Assembly (NCBI GenBank): GCA_965223665.1
Contig: OZ245011.1
Location: 3,584,001 to 3,648,000 of the forward strand
Direction: 5' to 3'
DNA: 64,000 bases
DNA from: Nitrospinaceae bacterium
Lineage (GTDB): Bacteria; Nitrospinota; Nitrospinia; Nitrospinales; Nitrospinaceae
The notes under the pieces are model-generated. The model ran no database searches. It was not told the origin of the DNA and was given only the letters and a program-made list of their open reading frames with translations. The number at the start of each line of letters is the position of its first letter. Position 1 is the first letter of the stretch. Of this stretch, positions 19,845 to 30,099 are shown one piece after another. A program made the position numbers and the translations under genes.

Positions 19845-21776
19845 CTATATTTGCGGAAGGTTGGGAGGATTGGGAAGAATCTCAAATAGAAATGACATGT
19901 TTTTTTCAGCCAATTTTTTTGTCCTTTGGTCCAGAAACTGCTTTAAAAGAGTTTGCTGTTCTATAGAAAACGCTGAATTTTTGCCCCATACATACCGAGA
20001 ATCGAACATGAGGTGGGTTACTCCCATTTTATTTAAATTTGCTGCCAAATCCTTGGTTGTGGATATTTCCTGAAGCAATTTCTGCAATGTATGTGCTTCA
20101 AAAACACTGTCACTGATGAAATTTCTTTCAGCTAAATAACCCAAATTTCGCATGAAAATAAATAATACTTTGCTGTTGAGTGGAGTTTTTTGGTTCATCT
20201 CCTGGTAAATGGGGAATCCAGAGATATTTCTTGTCAGATACTGCTCCTTGGTTTCTTTATCAGTCAGAAAGTTTGAAGGATTTATCTTCCACCACATTTC
20301 ACCCACTAAACTGCTATTGTATGAAATTCCAAGTATGATCAGAATATAAACTGTACTACGAATAATGGTCGAAAACTTAAAAAGGTTGACACTTCTAAGT
20401 GTACTTTCCATCCCATAAACCAAGATCAAAGTTAAGAAAGTAAAGGAAATGGTTAGAAATCGTACATATTGGAAATAGAAGAACCAAAAAATTATTAAGA
20501 CACCAAATACTGTTGCCAGTGATTTAATTTTTTGTGAATGGGTTCCCCATAAACCAAATAACATGGGAAAAAGTAAAAAATGTGCTTTACCCACCCAACC
20601 GTCAAACCTCAGGGAATTGGGTTCACTATGAAAGGTTAGGTTGTAAGGTAAAAGAAATAAATCAGTTAGCCCCCGCCCCATCCCAAATGACTTTACATAT
20701 TGATTCATCATTAAGGCACGGTTCGAATCCCAGTTAATATGGTCCGAGCCTCCGAAGAATTGCATAAAAAGTGGAGTAAAAGGATTTCCAGAGTAAAAAT
20801 AATTTCGCATCCACCAAGGGCCCATAAATACTATTACGATTCCTGCAAAGATTCCTATCTGGAATAATACTTTTTTGGGGTCCTGATGACTTTTCCCCTT
20901 CCAGGCAATTCCAAAAATAATTAAGGGTAGAACGATAACAGCCGTAAGTTTGGTGGCTAAAGCTGAGGCGCCAAAAATGATCATTAAATAAAACCATCCT
21001 TTTTGATCGGTAGACACCCAGCGATCCCAAGCATAAAAAGCAAAAAATATTAAAGCTGCTAAAGGGATATCTATATAGGCTGAAGCTGAGATTTCCCAAA
21101 AAGTTGGAATGCAAAAAAACAACACAGGAACCAGTAAATAGAACTTGCCTTTAAGGTGATTTTTATAATAAAGAGACAAACCCGCCAGTAATAAAAATCC
21201 TGCTCCCAAACCTAATAAGGCCGGAAGGCTTTCTACCTCAAAACTCATTGCAAATAGATAAACCATTGAAAACAACATGGGGAAAAAAGAATACATATTG
21301 TTTGGCAGATTAACGATGCCATGAAGTTCAAAGTATTTTTTAGGAATGGCTAAATGGTAGACCAAGGCATCGGTTTTTACTGGTGGGGCTAAAGCGAGGG
21401 TTATTGATAAAAATACAAGTAGAGATAATATGATCCAAAGAAAGCAACTTAAACTCAATGGGATTTTGAATATAGTTTCCCTTTGGAGGAAGGAATTTAG
21501 CCAACGCCGAGATTGGTGAAATAAATGATTAATGGATGGGATCGATGTAAGGAAGATTACTGAAAGTAATATCCAACCCGTTTGCGGAAAAATTAAATGG
21601 AGAAAAGCTAAAAGAGTGGTGATTAACCCTATGGCCACCACACCCAAAAGTGAGGAAAAAGTAAACTTTTCACCAAAGGTATGGAAATCGATATTAATGT
21701 AACTGACCCATTTTTCTCCTAAAAGAAAACAGGCTAAAAAAATAAATGCGGCTAAAACTAAGTCAAATAAAAACAA
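19845..21776 (-). CDS. Polytopic membrane protein, GT-C (ArnT/PMT-like) glycosyltransferase
   Basis: Many TM helices; DALVYHL, TK, PWWMRNYFYSGNP motifs. Confidence 0.7.
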   Translation of the reverse strand: MFLFDLVLAAFIFLACFLLGEKWVSYINIDFHTFGEKFTFSSLLGVVAIGLITTLLAFLHLIFPQTGWILLSVIFLTSIPSINHLFHQSRRWLNSFLQRETIFKIPLSLSCFLWIILSLLVFLSITLALAPPVKTDALVYHLAIPKKYFELHGIVNLPNNMYSFFPMLFSMVYLFAMSFEVESLPALLGLGAGFLLLAGLSLYYKNHLKGKFYLLVPVLFFCIPTFWEISASAYIDIPLAALIFFAFYAWDRWVSTDQKGWFYLMIIFGASALATKLTAVIVLPLIIFGIAWKGKSHQDPKKVLFQIGIFAGIVIVFMGPWWMRNYFYSGNPFTPLFMQFFGGSDHINWDSNRALMMNQYVKSFGMGRGLTDLFLLPYNLTFHSEPNSLRFDGWVGKAHFLLFPMLFGLWGTHSQKIKSLATVFGVLIIFWFFYFQYVRFLTISFTFLTLILVYGMESTLRSVNLFKFSTIIRSTVYILIILGISYNSSLVGEMWWKINPSNFLTDKETKEQYLTRNISGFPIYQEMNQKTPLNSKVLFIFMRNLGYLAERNFISDSVFEAHTLQKLLQEISTTKDLAANLNKMGVTHLMFDSRYVWGKNSAFSIEQQTLLKQFLDQRTKKLAEKNMSFLFEILPNPPNLPQI

Positions 21777-21924
21777 TGTGTTGCGCTCGTTAATCCAGTT
21801 TGTTAAAAAAAATTAATTTTGAAGATCAAGCTTCAAGTGTATATTAGGGGAACTTTCTCTGAGGTTTGCTTCCATAAATTGTATTTAATTAAAATTAGAT
21901 AACCGACTAAGGTTGAAATTTCTA

Positions 21925-21952
21925 TTGACACAACCTAGAGAATGAATATAAT
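21925..21952 (+). promoter_or_regulatory. sigma70-type promoter of cytochrome c gene
   Basis: TTGACA-16-TATAAT. Confidence 0.55.
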
Positions 21953-22091
21953 TTGGCTCTTTTTTTGTCATATTTCCATTATAACGGGTGGATTGCGACT
22001 CGGAACCTGGAATTTGGAATTGATTTTTTACGGTATTTTTTTTGGAACCGTTTATCTTTCATATTAATGTCCTTAAGAAAGGAAAACCACA

Positions 22092-22526
22092 ATGAAGAGA
22101 TCAGTTATTTTTGTAGTATTCATGGTATTGACGTTCTTTTTGGCAAGTCACGCTTTTGCAGGCGCTAAATGTCCGCAACCGCGTAAAACCAAAAAGGCCC
22201 CTGCAAATATTTATAACGCTGACAAAACTGGAAGTGCTGATGCAGCAAAAGGTAAAGCAATTTTTACCAAAAAAGCTAAGCCAATGGCCTGTAAAATGTG
22301 TCATGGTGATAAAGGGGATGGAACTGGTAAATTAGGAAAAGCGTTGAAACCCGCTCCACGTAACTTTGCCTGTGCGGACACCATGAAAGATGTTACACCA
22401 GGACAAATGTTTTGGATTATTAAAAATGGTTCAAAAGGTACCGGTATGGCACCTTTCGGTAAAACTTTGAAAGATAATGATATTTGGGATGTAATCAAAT
22501 ACATCCGTTCTGACTTAATGAAGTAA
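22092..22526 (+). CDS. Periplasmic monoheme cytochrome c
   Basis: Signal peptide; CKMCH; distal Met in GTGMAPF; two extra Cys. Confidence 0.9.
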   Translation: MKRSVIFVVFMVLTFFLASHAFAGAKCPQPRKTKKAPANIYNADKTGSADAAKGKAIFTKKAKPMACKMCHGDKGDGTGKLGKALKPAPRNFACADTMKDVTPGQMFWIIKNGSKGTGMAPFGKTLKDNDIWDVIKYIRSDLMK

Positions 22527-22546
22527 GTTTTTTAGTTAGCTTTCAT

Positions 22547-22584
22547 AAAAGGGATAAAGCGATTTTCGCTTTATCCCTTTTTTT
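22547..22584 (+). terminator. Intrinsic terminator after cytochrome c
   Basis: AAAAGGGATAAAGCG/CGCTTTATCCCTTTT stem plus T-run. Confidence 0.85.
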
Positions 22585-22653
22585 GTGTTTTCTACATTTT
22601 TAAAATGTGGTTATGGTATTTTGGAAAAATTATTGATCCATTTGGAAATTATC

Positions 22654-23547
22654 ATGCCTCGAGTAATCATCGCAGTCTTTTATTTAATTTGTTCTTTAGG
22701 ATTTGTTGGTTCTGCTTCCTTCGCAATCACTGAAAATGAATTAGGAAGTAAAAACCACCCCATTCATATGATGTTTGTCCCCTCCGGTGAAGCACAAATA
22801 ATTTTAGAAGAGGGAGAGGCTATTGCTAAACTTTTGGAAACGGCCACTGGTCTTAAATTCAAATCCTCAATTGCTACTAGCTACTCCGCGGTCATTGAAG
22901 CGATGGGAGCGGAAAAAGTAGATATTGGTTGGTTGGCTTCTTTTTCGTATGTTCTTGCAAAAGATAAATATGATGTGGATTTGCTTTTAATTGTTTCGCG
23001 GTTTGGAAGTCCATTTTATAGAGGACAAATTGTGGCTCGCTCCGATTCTAAAATTAAGTCAATGTCAGACCTAAAAGGAAAACGATTTGCTTATGTAGAC
23101 CCTGCTTCCACATCGGGCCATTTATACCCTAAAGCCTTGTTGACTAAGAAAGGGATAGATCCTGAAAATTTATTTTCTCAAACCGTGTTTGCTGGATCGC
23201 ATAACGCTGTCATATTTTCAATATTAAAGGGTGAAGTTGATGCGGGAGCAACCTATGACGATGCAAGAGCCGCTGTGGCTAAAAGCTTCCCGGATGTATT
23301 TGAAAAAATAAAGGTGATTGCTTACACCCAAAATATCCCCAATGATACCGTTAGCGCCAGGAAAAATTTATCTCCCAAAATTAAAGCGAAAATTAAGCAC
23401 GGATTAAAAAAGGTAGTTAAATCTAAAGAAGGGGGTCGAATTTTGAAAAAACTTTATGGAATAAGTGATTTAATGGATTTAGATGCTTTTTATGATCCTG
23501 TCCGTGATGCAGGTCGATTGTTAAACCTTAATAACACCTCTCCTTAA
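22654..23547 (+). CDS. phnD: Phosphate/phosphite/phosphonate ABC transporter substrate-binding protein
   Basis: YSAVIEAM, DPASTSGHLYP, GSHNA, IPND; signal peptide. Confidence 0.85.
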   Translation: MPRVIIAVFYLICSLGFVGSASFAITENELGSKNHPIHMMFVPSGEAQIILEEGEAIAKLLETATGLKFKSSIATSYSAVIEAMGAEKVDIGWLASFSYVLAKDKYDVDLLLIVSRFGSPFYRGQIVARSDSKIKSMSDLKGKRFAYVDPASTSGHLYPKALLTKKGIDPENLFSQTVFAGSHNAVIFSILKGEVDAGATYDDARAAVAKSFPDVFEKIKVIAYTQNIPNDTVSARKNLSPKIKAKIKHGLKKVVKSKEGGRILKKLYGISDLMDLDAFYDPVRDAGRLLNLNNTSP

Positions 23548-23595
23548 ATATTTTTTGAGTAATAAGGTTGCTTAAAAGAATAAAGAGAATTATTT

Positions 23596-24333
23596 ATGCT
23601 GGAGTTGAAAAATATTTCAAAAATTTATCCCCCCGGAACTACCGCTTTAAATGATATTTCTTTTAAGGTCAGACCTGGAGAATTTATTGTAGTTTTGGGT
23701 AAAAGCGGCTCTGGAAAATCGACTCTATTAAGGTGTATTAATCGTTTGGTAGAACCAACAAAGGGAAAAATTTTTTTTGAAAGTAAAGATGTAACTCAAA
23801 TTGGATCTAAACCTTTAAGAAAACTTCGCCGTGATATTGGGATGGTTTTCCAAAATTTCAACTTGATTCCCCGAGCATCGGTTTTAACCAATGTTTTGAG
23901 TGGTAGACTGGGTTTTTGTTCTCCTTGGGCTGCCTTGTTGAATCATTTTTCAAAGGAGGACAGAGACAGCGCGTTTGAAAAACTGGAGCAATTAGAAATA
24001 TCTGATAAGGCCTTGGCACGAGCAGATAGTTTGAGCGGGGGGCAGCAACAAAGGGTTGGAATAGCCAGAGCATTATTGCAAAGACCAAAATTAATATTAG
24101 CAGATGAACCGATTTCAGCGTTAGATCCGGCTACCTCTAGAACCATTTTAAGTATTTTAAAAAAAATTAACGAGTCTGAAGGAATCACAATTATTTGCAA
24201 TTTGCATCTGCCCGATTTGGCATTGCAATACAGTAATCGCTTAATAGTATTGAAATCAGGGGAGTTAGCCTTCGACGGCTTTCCCAAGGAAATTACAGAG
24301 GAACGTCTTTTAAAATTTTATGGTAGTGACTGA
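23596..24333 (+). CDS. phnC: Phosphonate ABC transporter ATP-binding protein
   Basis: GKSGSGKSTLLRCINRL, NVLSGRLG, LSGGQQQRV, ADEP, CNLH. Confidence 0.9.
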   Translation: MLELKNISKIYPPGTTALNDISFKVRPGEFIVVLGKSGSGKSTLLRCINRLVEPTKGKIFFESKDVTQIGSKPLRKLRRDIGMVFQNFNLIPRASVLTNVLSGRLGFCSPWAALLNHFSKEDRDSAFEKLEQLEISDKALARADSLSGGQQQRVGIARALLQRPKLILADEPISALDPATSRTILSILKKINESEGITIICNLHLPDLALQYSNRLIVLKSGELAFDGFPKEITEERLLKFYGSD

Positions 24334-24444
24334 AATTTTCCTGTTTTTTCTACCTAATTGTGTAATACAATCAGAAAGTAATTTCACCAACAAACTTTAT
24401 TCCTTAGATTTTTAGCGGACCGTCAATTTAAATGGGGGATATTT

Positions 24445-24738
24445 ATGGACGATCCTATACAAAAGATTTCCGGTGTATTAGCTTTCCTTGATTGGAATGA
24501 ATATACAGTTTTGGCATTTCTAATGTCAGTTAACCTTCTTATCTTATGGTTTATTTGGAGAAATAAAGTTTATTCTAAAAGAATCTATGAGCAACTATTG
24601 ATTCAAAACAGATATTTTCTTGCTACTCCAAAGGCTACAAGAACGGCTTTAGAGAAGCCTTCTCTCGAGAAAACTGCCCCAGAAAGTAAAGCACGTGAAG
24701 CTCCCACAAAAGAAAGAGCCTTCAATAAAACCTGGTGA
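24445..24738 (+). CDS. Small single-TM hypothetical protein
   Basis: GGGGG RBS-like sequence, one hydrophobic helix. Confidence 0.55.
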   Translation: MDDPIQKISGVLAFLDWNEYTVLAFLMSVNLLILWFIWRNKVYSKRIYEQLLIQNRYFLATPKATRTALEKPSLEKTAPESKAREAPTKERAFNKTW

Positions 24739-25150
24739 ACGGTAGTCAAAGGGTCCTCGGCATCTCTTCTAATTTTAAAAGCTATTTTTTAATTTTGTTA
24801 GAATAATCGAGAAACCCTGATTTGTTTTAAAATAACTAAACTGTATTTAAAGTTTGGGACTTTGAAATTCAAACGCCGCCTATTTTTTTCAGCAAAATAT
24901 TCCCCAAAAATTTATGAGATTAAGAACGAAGGATATTTTGAGAAGAAGTTCTTATTGATATTTATAGAAAAAACTGATCAAGAACGAATATTTTTATTTA
25001 GAATAACGGATGTGGTGTATTTCAATGGTCAGTAGACTTATTTAACGGCCTTAATTTCTGGAATTTTGGTAATAATTAATACCTTTCCAATGTTTGTATA
25101 ATTATGATAGTTTAAAATAAGAAGATATTATTTAGGTTTCGCTATGGTGG

Positions 25151-25678
25151 GTGGACGGTTTAAATGAGGGCCTTATGAGGCGAACTGCTCCTTTGTTTCT
25201 ATGTGGAATTTTTCTAATTTTATCAGTGGTGTATAACCAGCCACTTCTGGCTGAAGGCTTTCCACAATTGGACCGTCTACCCGATGCCACAAGTAATTTA
25301 ATTCCTAAAGAACCTGGTTGGAAAGATCCCACTTATCGGGGTTGGGAGTTAGTCAGTATTCCAGGACTGATATCTACTTATTATGATTTAAATTTAGATG
25401 GCAAATTAGATTATCAGGTAATTCGAAAAATAATACGCAAGGCTTCTAATGAAGAATTAAGCATTAAGGAAGCAGTAAAAATAGCTAAATTTGACGATTT
25501 AGCAATTTATGTTTCTTATCCGGTAATTTATTTTACAAATAAGAATCCTCTTTTTTATTGTAAGGGTTTAGATTTCCGGAAAAACTGTAACCACATCTGG
25601 ATTGATATTGCAGAGGATGGCCTAAATGGCAATGAAACGTTATATACTTTATCCCGGCCTCGCCCTTTTGTCCGATAA
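25151..25678 (+). CDS. Exported hypothetical protein with DxNxDG loop
   Basis: Signal peptide; YYDLNLDGKLDY and WIDIAEDGLNGNE; start uncertain. Confidence 0.7.
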   Translation: MDGLNEGLMRRTAPLFLCGIFLILSVVYNQPLLAEGFPQLDRLPDATSNLIPKEPGWKDPTYRGWELVSIPGLISTYYDLNLDGKLDYQVIRKIIRKASNEELSIKEAVKIAKFDDLAIYVSYPVIYFTNKNPLFYCKGLDFRKNCNHIWIDIAEDGLNGNETLYTLSRPRPFVR

Positions 25679-27254
25679 AAAACCAATAATCTGGACATTC
25701 CAATTAATTATAATCTTTTGCGGATTCCTGGGATTCGTGGCAACCAATGGTTTTGCGCATTCTAATGAGGAATCAGTATTTAAAGAAGAAGCGACCTCTC
25801 AGGAAAATCATTCCGGACACAGTCATGGAAGTAGAGGAATCTCAAAAAACATAGGTGCAACCGTTTACAAGCATATGTGTGTCTTTTGTCATGGAGAAGA
25901 CGGTAATGGCGGGGGTAAGGCCATGGCTTATTTATATCCCTGGCCGCGAGATTTTCGAAAAGGAGTTTTTAAACATCGGTCCACTCCTTCTGGTTCACTC
26001 CCTTTAGATGAAGATATTATACGAACCATAGCTCGTGGAATTCCAGGAACTGCTATGCCTGCATGGGAAGGGGCTTTGACTGAAGATGAGATGGCTTCAG
26101 TGGTGAGTTATTTAAAAAGCTTCTCAAATCGGTTTGAAACAGAAAAACCAAAAAAACCCGTTGTTCCGGGTACACCTCCTTCTACCACAGATGATGCGAT
26201 TAAACATGGTGAGCAAATTTATAAAGAAATGCGTTGCGCCCGTTGTCATGGTACTGATTTAAAGGGAAGTGGCCCTATGGCTGGCAATCTTTACGATATT
26301 TGGGATCATCGGGCATTTGTCTATGATCTAACTAACCCAAATACCATAAAGTTTGGTTATGCTAAACAAGATATTTATATGACTCTTTCTACAGGCTTAG
26401 ATGGGACTCCTATGAAAGCCTATAGTCATTTGACCGATGAAGAAAGATGGGATCTTGCCACCTATGTGCATTCCAAAATAAAAATTGAAGAATTTCAAGA
26501 AGCAAAATATGAAACTGATTTGTATTCTAAAAAAGTGGATGCAGATGTAAAGATTGAACCTGATGATCCCATTTGGGCGGATGCGCCTAGTCAAAACGTT
26601 CAATTAATTGCTCTTAATGCTCGTAAACAGCAAATCAATCGAATAAAGTTTCAATCGTTGATTAACGATAAAAAAATATTTGTTCGTGTAGAATGGGACG
26701 ATCCTACCCCTAATAAATCTTCCAGCCGCCATCAGGATTTTAAAGATGCTGTTGCTTTGGAGTTTGCCCTTGGAGATGTTCTTCTCCATACCCATGGTCA
26801 CAATGAACCTTTTTTTGGAATGGGGAACCGTGCGAAACCCGTAAATATTTGGCAATGGCGGGCCGATTGGCAACAGGAAATAGAAACGAAAAAAGAATTA
26901 GAATATGCCACTAAAGGAATGGATATGGATGTGATGATTTTTGGTGGCGAAGTCAATCCGGTGGAATCTTTAAACCCTTTCCGAGAGGTTCCTATTGAAG
27001 AGCTCAACGCCGAAGGCTTTGGAACCCTGACTCCCCAACCTAAAACCAAGCAGAATATTACTGGAAAAGGTGTTTGGAAGGATGGCAAATGGAGCGTGGT
27101 TTTTGAAAGATCAATAAAGTCTCTCAATAAATGGGATGTGAAACTTTCCCAAAAACAACCCATATTGATCGCATTTGCGGTTTGGGATGGTGCCCACCAA
27201 GATCGGAATGGCCGAAAAATGGTTTCTATGTGGCAAAGACTTAATTTGCCTTGA
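25626..27254 (+). CDS. Diheme cytochrome c fused to EbdC-like (DMSO reductase type II gamma) heme b domain; alternative NxrC-like
   Basis: CVFCH, CARCH, PRDF, GTAMP; C-terminal DAVALEF, GMG, VNIWQW, AEGFGTL, AFAVWDG..RNGRK; start uncertain. Confidence 0.85.
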   Translation: MAMKRYILYPGLALLSDKKPIIWTFQLIIIFCGFLGFVATNGFAHSNEESVFKEEATSQENHSGHSHGSRGISKNIGATVYKHMCVFCHGEDGNGGGKAMAYLYPWPRDFRKGVFKHRSTPSGSLPLDEDIIRTIARGIPGTAMPAWEGALTEDEMASVVSYLKSFSNRFETEKPKKPVVPGTPPSTTDDAIKHGEQIYKEMRCARCHGTDLKGSGPMAGNLYDIWDHRAFVYDLTNPNTIKFGYAKQDIYMTLSTGLDGTPMKAYSHLTDEERWDLATYVHSKIKIEEFQEAKYETDLYSKKVDADVKIEPDDPIWADAPSQNVQLIALNARKQQINRIKFQSLINDKKIFVRVEWDDPTPNKSSSRHQDFKDAVALEFALGDVLLHTHGHNEPFFGMGNRAKPVNIWQWRADWQQEIETKKELEYATKGMDMDVMIFGGEVNPVESLNPFREVPIEELNAEGFGTLTPQPKTKQNITGKGVWKDGKWSVVFERSIKSLNKWDVKLSQKQPILIAFAVWDGAHQDRNGRKMVSMWQRLNLP

Positions 27255-27397
27255 TCCTTCCCTTTTAATAAGATACGGTATAGAATCAAATTCACAATTT
27301 AAGAATTTCTGGCAATGATGTTTTGAAGTTGAAAGAATTTAAAAATATTGTTTGCTAGATGGTATTGAATATTTTGATTGTTTGGGAGGTCCCTTAA

Positions 27398-28921
27398 ATG
27401 GCTCAAGACCAGTTCGAAAATGAAGACGAGATCATTAAGAATGAAGAAGCACTTGAAGTTGCTGAAAACGATGATCTTGAAGAAGAAATAGAAGAAGATG
27501 CTCTCACTGCAGAAGAAATGGATGAGGTGGATGAGGTTGAGGTGCAGGAAGAAGAACCTGAAGTGGGTGCGATAATGGTTCTAGGGCAAGGTGATTTTTC
27601 TATGCGGGAATCTAATAGAGGGGCGGATGACCCTGGAGATAATACTTTAAGCGAGCCACAATTTGTAACTCGTTTCGGTGATATGGTTTTTGTTTCTGAT
27701 CGTGGAAACCATAGAGTTTTGGTTTGGAATAGTCTTCCAGAAGAATTGGGAGAGCCTGCAAGTATAGTTCTTGGCCAAGAAGATTTTTCGGATTGTTTGG
27801 AGAATAGAGGGATTACTACCACACTGGATGAAATGACATCGGGCCTAGGAGATGAAAACCTGGAAGGTTTTACAATTAGTAAGCCTGAAGAAGATACCCT
27901 GGCTCAGCCTGCAGGAATCGAAGTGATAGATGGAAAGCTTTATGTTTCTGACAGTGGTAATCATCGAGTGTTACGTTGGAATGGATTACCTTCTGATGAT
28001 GGGGAAGAGCCGGGCTTGGTTTTAGGACAGGATAACCTGGAATGTGGTGAAGCTAATCGTCGCGGATTTGTAGGATCTGGTTCTTTATTTTTTCCGTTTG
28101 CTGTTCGTTCCGGAAATGATCAACATGTATTTGTCGCGGATAAAGACAATCATCGAATTTTGATTTGGAATAAAATTCCATTCAATAATGGATGGAATGC
28201 AGACGTTTGTTTAGGACAGGCTGGTTTTGATGAAAGAGAACCAAACCGTGGAGATTTTGATCATGTCACACCGGAAACTTTAAGTTTTCCCACCGGTGTA
28301 TTTTTTGATCCTGAAACAGAAAAAATATTTGCGGTCGATCAGGGAAACAATCGAGTGTTAATTTGGAATAAAATTCCCTCTAATAATGGTGCTCCAGCGG
28401 ATTTGGTTTTAGGGCAACCTGATTTTTATAGTAGGGAGGTAAATGCAGGATTGGGTGAAAAGCGTACCTCTGCAGAAGGAATGTATTTTCCCACCGATGT
28501 TGTTTTTGGTCGTAAAGGACTATTTGTTTCAGACACAGGCAACAGCCGTATATTAGTATGGAAAGAATTTCCTACTGAAAACGGCCAACCTGCTGATTTG
28601 GTTATAGGTCAGGTTAATTTTACAGAGACCAAATTCAATCGTGGTGGTGATTGTACACATGCGACTCTTAATGATCCTTATGGAATGTATTTAGAAGAAG
28701 ATCCAGAAGATGAAGAGGATCCTGGAAAACTCTATATTTGTGATCGGGGCAATTCGCGAGTAGTGGTTTGGCAGGACCTACCAGAACCAAAAGTAGAAGA
28801 GGATGATGTAGAGGAAGGTCAAGAGGTAGAAGATCCCGAACTTCTTATGGGATCCGATGACGACTTTATGGATGACTTTGAAGACGAAGAAGAGGAAGAA
28901 ACTCCGAAAGAAATTGCCTAA
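27398..28921 (+). CDS. NHL-repeat beta-propeller protein with very acidic termini
   Basis: Six [VC][LI]GQxxF/L units alternating with SD/AD.GN.RV..W; D/E-rich N- and C-termini; no signal peptide. Confidence 0.85.
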   Translation: MAQDQFENEDEIIKNEEALEVAENDDLEEEIEEDALTAEEMDEVDEVEVQEEEPEVGAIMVLGQGDFSMRESNRGADDPGDNTLSEPQFVTRFGDMVFVSDRGNHRVLVWNSLPEELGEPASIVLGQEDFSDCLENRGITTTLDEMTSGLGDENLEGFTISKPEEDTLAQPAGIEVIDGKLYVSDSGNHRVLRWNGLPSDDGEEPGLVLGQDNLECGEANRRGFVGSGSLFFPFAVRSGNDQHVFVADKDNHRILIWNKIPFNNGWNADVCLGQAGFDEREPNRGDFDHVTPETLSFPTGVFFDPETEKIFAVDQGNNRVLIWNKIPSNNGAPADLVLGQPDFYSREVNAGLGEKRTSAEGMYFPTDVVFGRKGLFVSDTGNSRILVWKEFPTENGQPADLVIGQVNFTETKFNRGGDCTHATLNDPYGMYLEEDPEDEEDPGKLYICDRGNSRVVVWQDLPEPKVEEDDVEEGQEVEDPELLMGSDDDFMDDFEDEEEEETPKEIA

Positions 28922-28994
28922 AGTTGAATATAGCTAATTTAAATTAGTTTCGTCTTCGTCGCTATTCTTTGTTAAAATTTTTGCACTTTATAAG

Positions 28995-30014
28995 TTAAAT
29001 GCAATAGGGAGGAATTCCTTCCTCCACCCAACCCCCGGCTTGGTTATTTTGCAGATTATGCCGATTTTTTGCGATTCCAGACGCAATTATTTTTCGTGAT
29101 TCCTCAAAGCAGGCTGTTATTTTTTCCGGTGAATCCTTTAATAAATTACCAAAAGTGGGAACGCATTTGAGGTTGCCTACATCACAACAGGGTGTCATAT
29201 TTCCATTTTGTTGTACCGTCAATATATCAATCGATCCGCGAGCGGCCACACATTCTAATAAATAAGGATCGTTCGGAAACGGGTTCGATGTTAATGCCCG
29301 ATGACCGGCTTCATCCATTTTAAATGCAGGAAGAAGGTTAATACCAAAAATAAAGCCATTAGATTGTGCGAAAGCACCCGTATCTCCCATCCGCTGTGTA
29401 TATTGGTTTTCTCGGCAATCAGGTGAATCTTTAATCAAACCTATTATATTGGAATGATATTTCTTTAAGAGAGATAATACTTCAGCGTAACGGTTTCCTA
29501 ATTCTTGAAAACATTCAATTAGAATTTCCAATTGGGTTTTTAAATCCTCTATTGATTCAAAAACTACATTAACCAGCATTCTATTTTGCAGTTCAAGCAA
29601 TTTTATAAATAATGGTTTTTGACTTTTCTCCCATGCTTTAGGGTATAAAGTAATATCCACTCGTCCCTTTAGTTTTATTATTTCCAATAATCGTTTCCAT
29701 CTTGGTGAGTTCTCAGAAGAAATCTCAAGATTAGTATGAATGCAGACATTAGGGCTGATCTTTTGGAAAGCTTTAAATACGTTCACAATTTCAGGATTAA
29801 ATGTGGCTTCTCCCCCTGTCAGATTGATTTCTTGCGTGGCCAATTGTAAAAGTACGTCAACTTGTGAAATCTTTTCTGCCATGGTTTGGGCTTGTTCTGA
29901 GGTGATGTGCCAATCTGATTTTGGCATTTGAGTGAGGGGTTCAAAAACGTGGCAATAAAGGCATTCATCCCGCTCGTATCGATTGCAACTGGCTTCGACA
30001 AATATGCTGAGCAT
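28995..30014 (-). CDS. Radical SAM protein with atypical CX7CX2C motif and twitch/SPASM-like tail
   Basis: CNRYERDECLYC, LTGGE, HTN, GNMTPCC, FGNL. Confidence 0.75.
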   Translation of the reverse strand: MLSIFVEASCNRYERDECLYCHVFEPLTQMPKSDWHITSEQAQTMAEKISQVDVLLQLATQEINLTGGEATFNPEIVNVFKAFQKISPNVCIHTNLEISSENSPRWKRLLEIIKLKGRVDITLYPKAWEKSQKPLFIKLLELQNRMLVNVVFESIEDLKTQLEILIECFQELGNRYAEVLSLLKKYHSNIIGLIKDSPDCRENQYTQRMGDTGAFAQSNGFIFGINLLPAFKMDEAGHRALTSNPFPNDPYLLECVAARGSIDILTVQQNGNMTPCCDVGNLKCVPTFGNLLKDSPEKITACFEESRKIIASGIAKNRHNLQNNQAGGWVEEGIPPYCI

Positions 30015-30099
30015 AGCCCAATAAGTGGTTGAAATTTAAATAATAGGTACTTGCGAATATACTAACATATTTCATAATGAGGCTGGAATTATCTACCAA

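Noticed and set aside
21953-22168. 71-aa ORF upstream of cytochrome c
   Set aside because: Begins immediately after the -10 box and overlaps the cytochrome gene out of frame; more likely 5' UTR
24862-25035. 57-codon TTG-start ORF in the gap after the phn genes
   Set aside because: No clear RBS, no recognisable motif, no resemblance to PhnE; may be chance
27403-27822. Ser-rich 139-aa ORF on the minus strand
   Set aside because: Antisense mirror of GAA/GAT-rich codons of the acidic NHL protein
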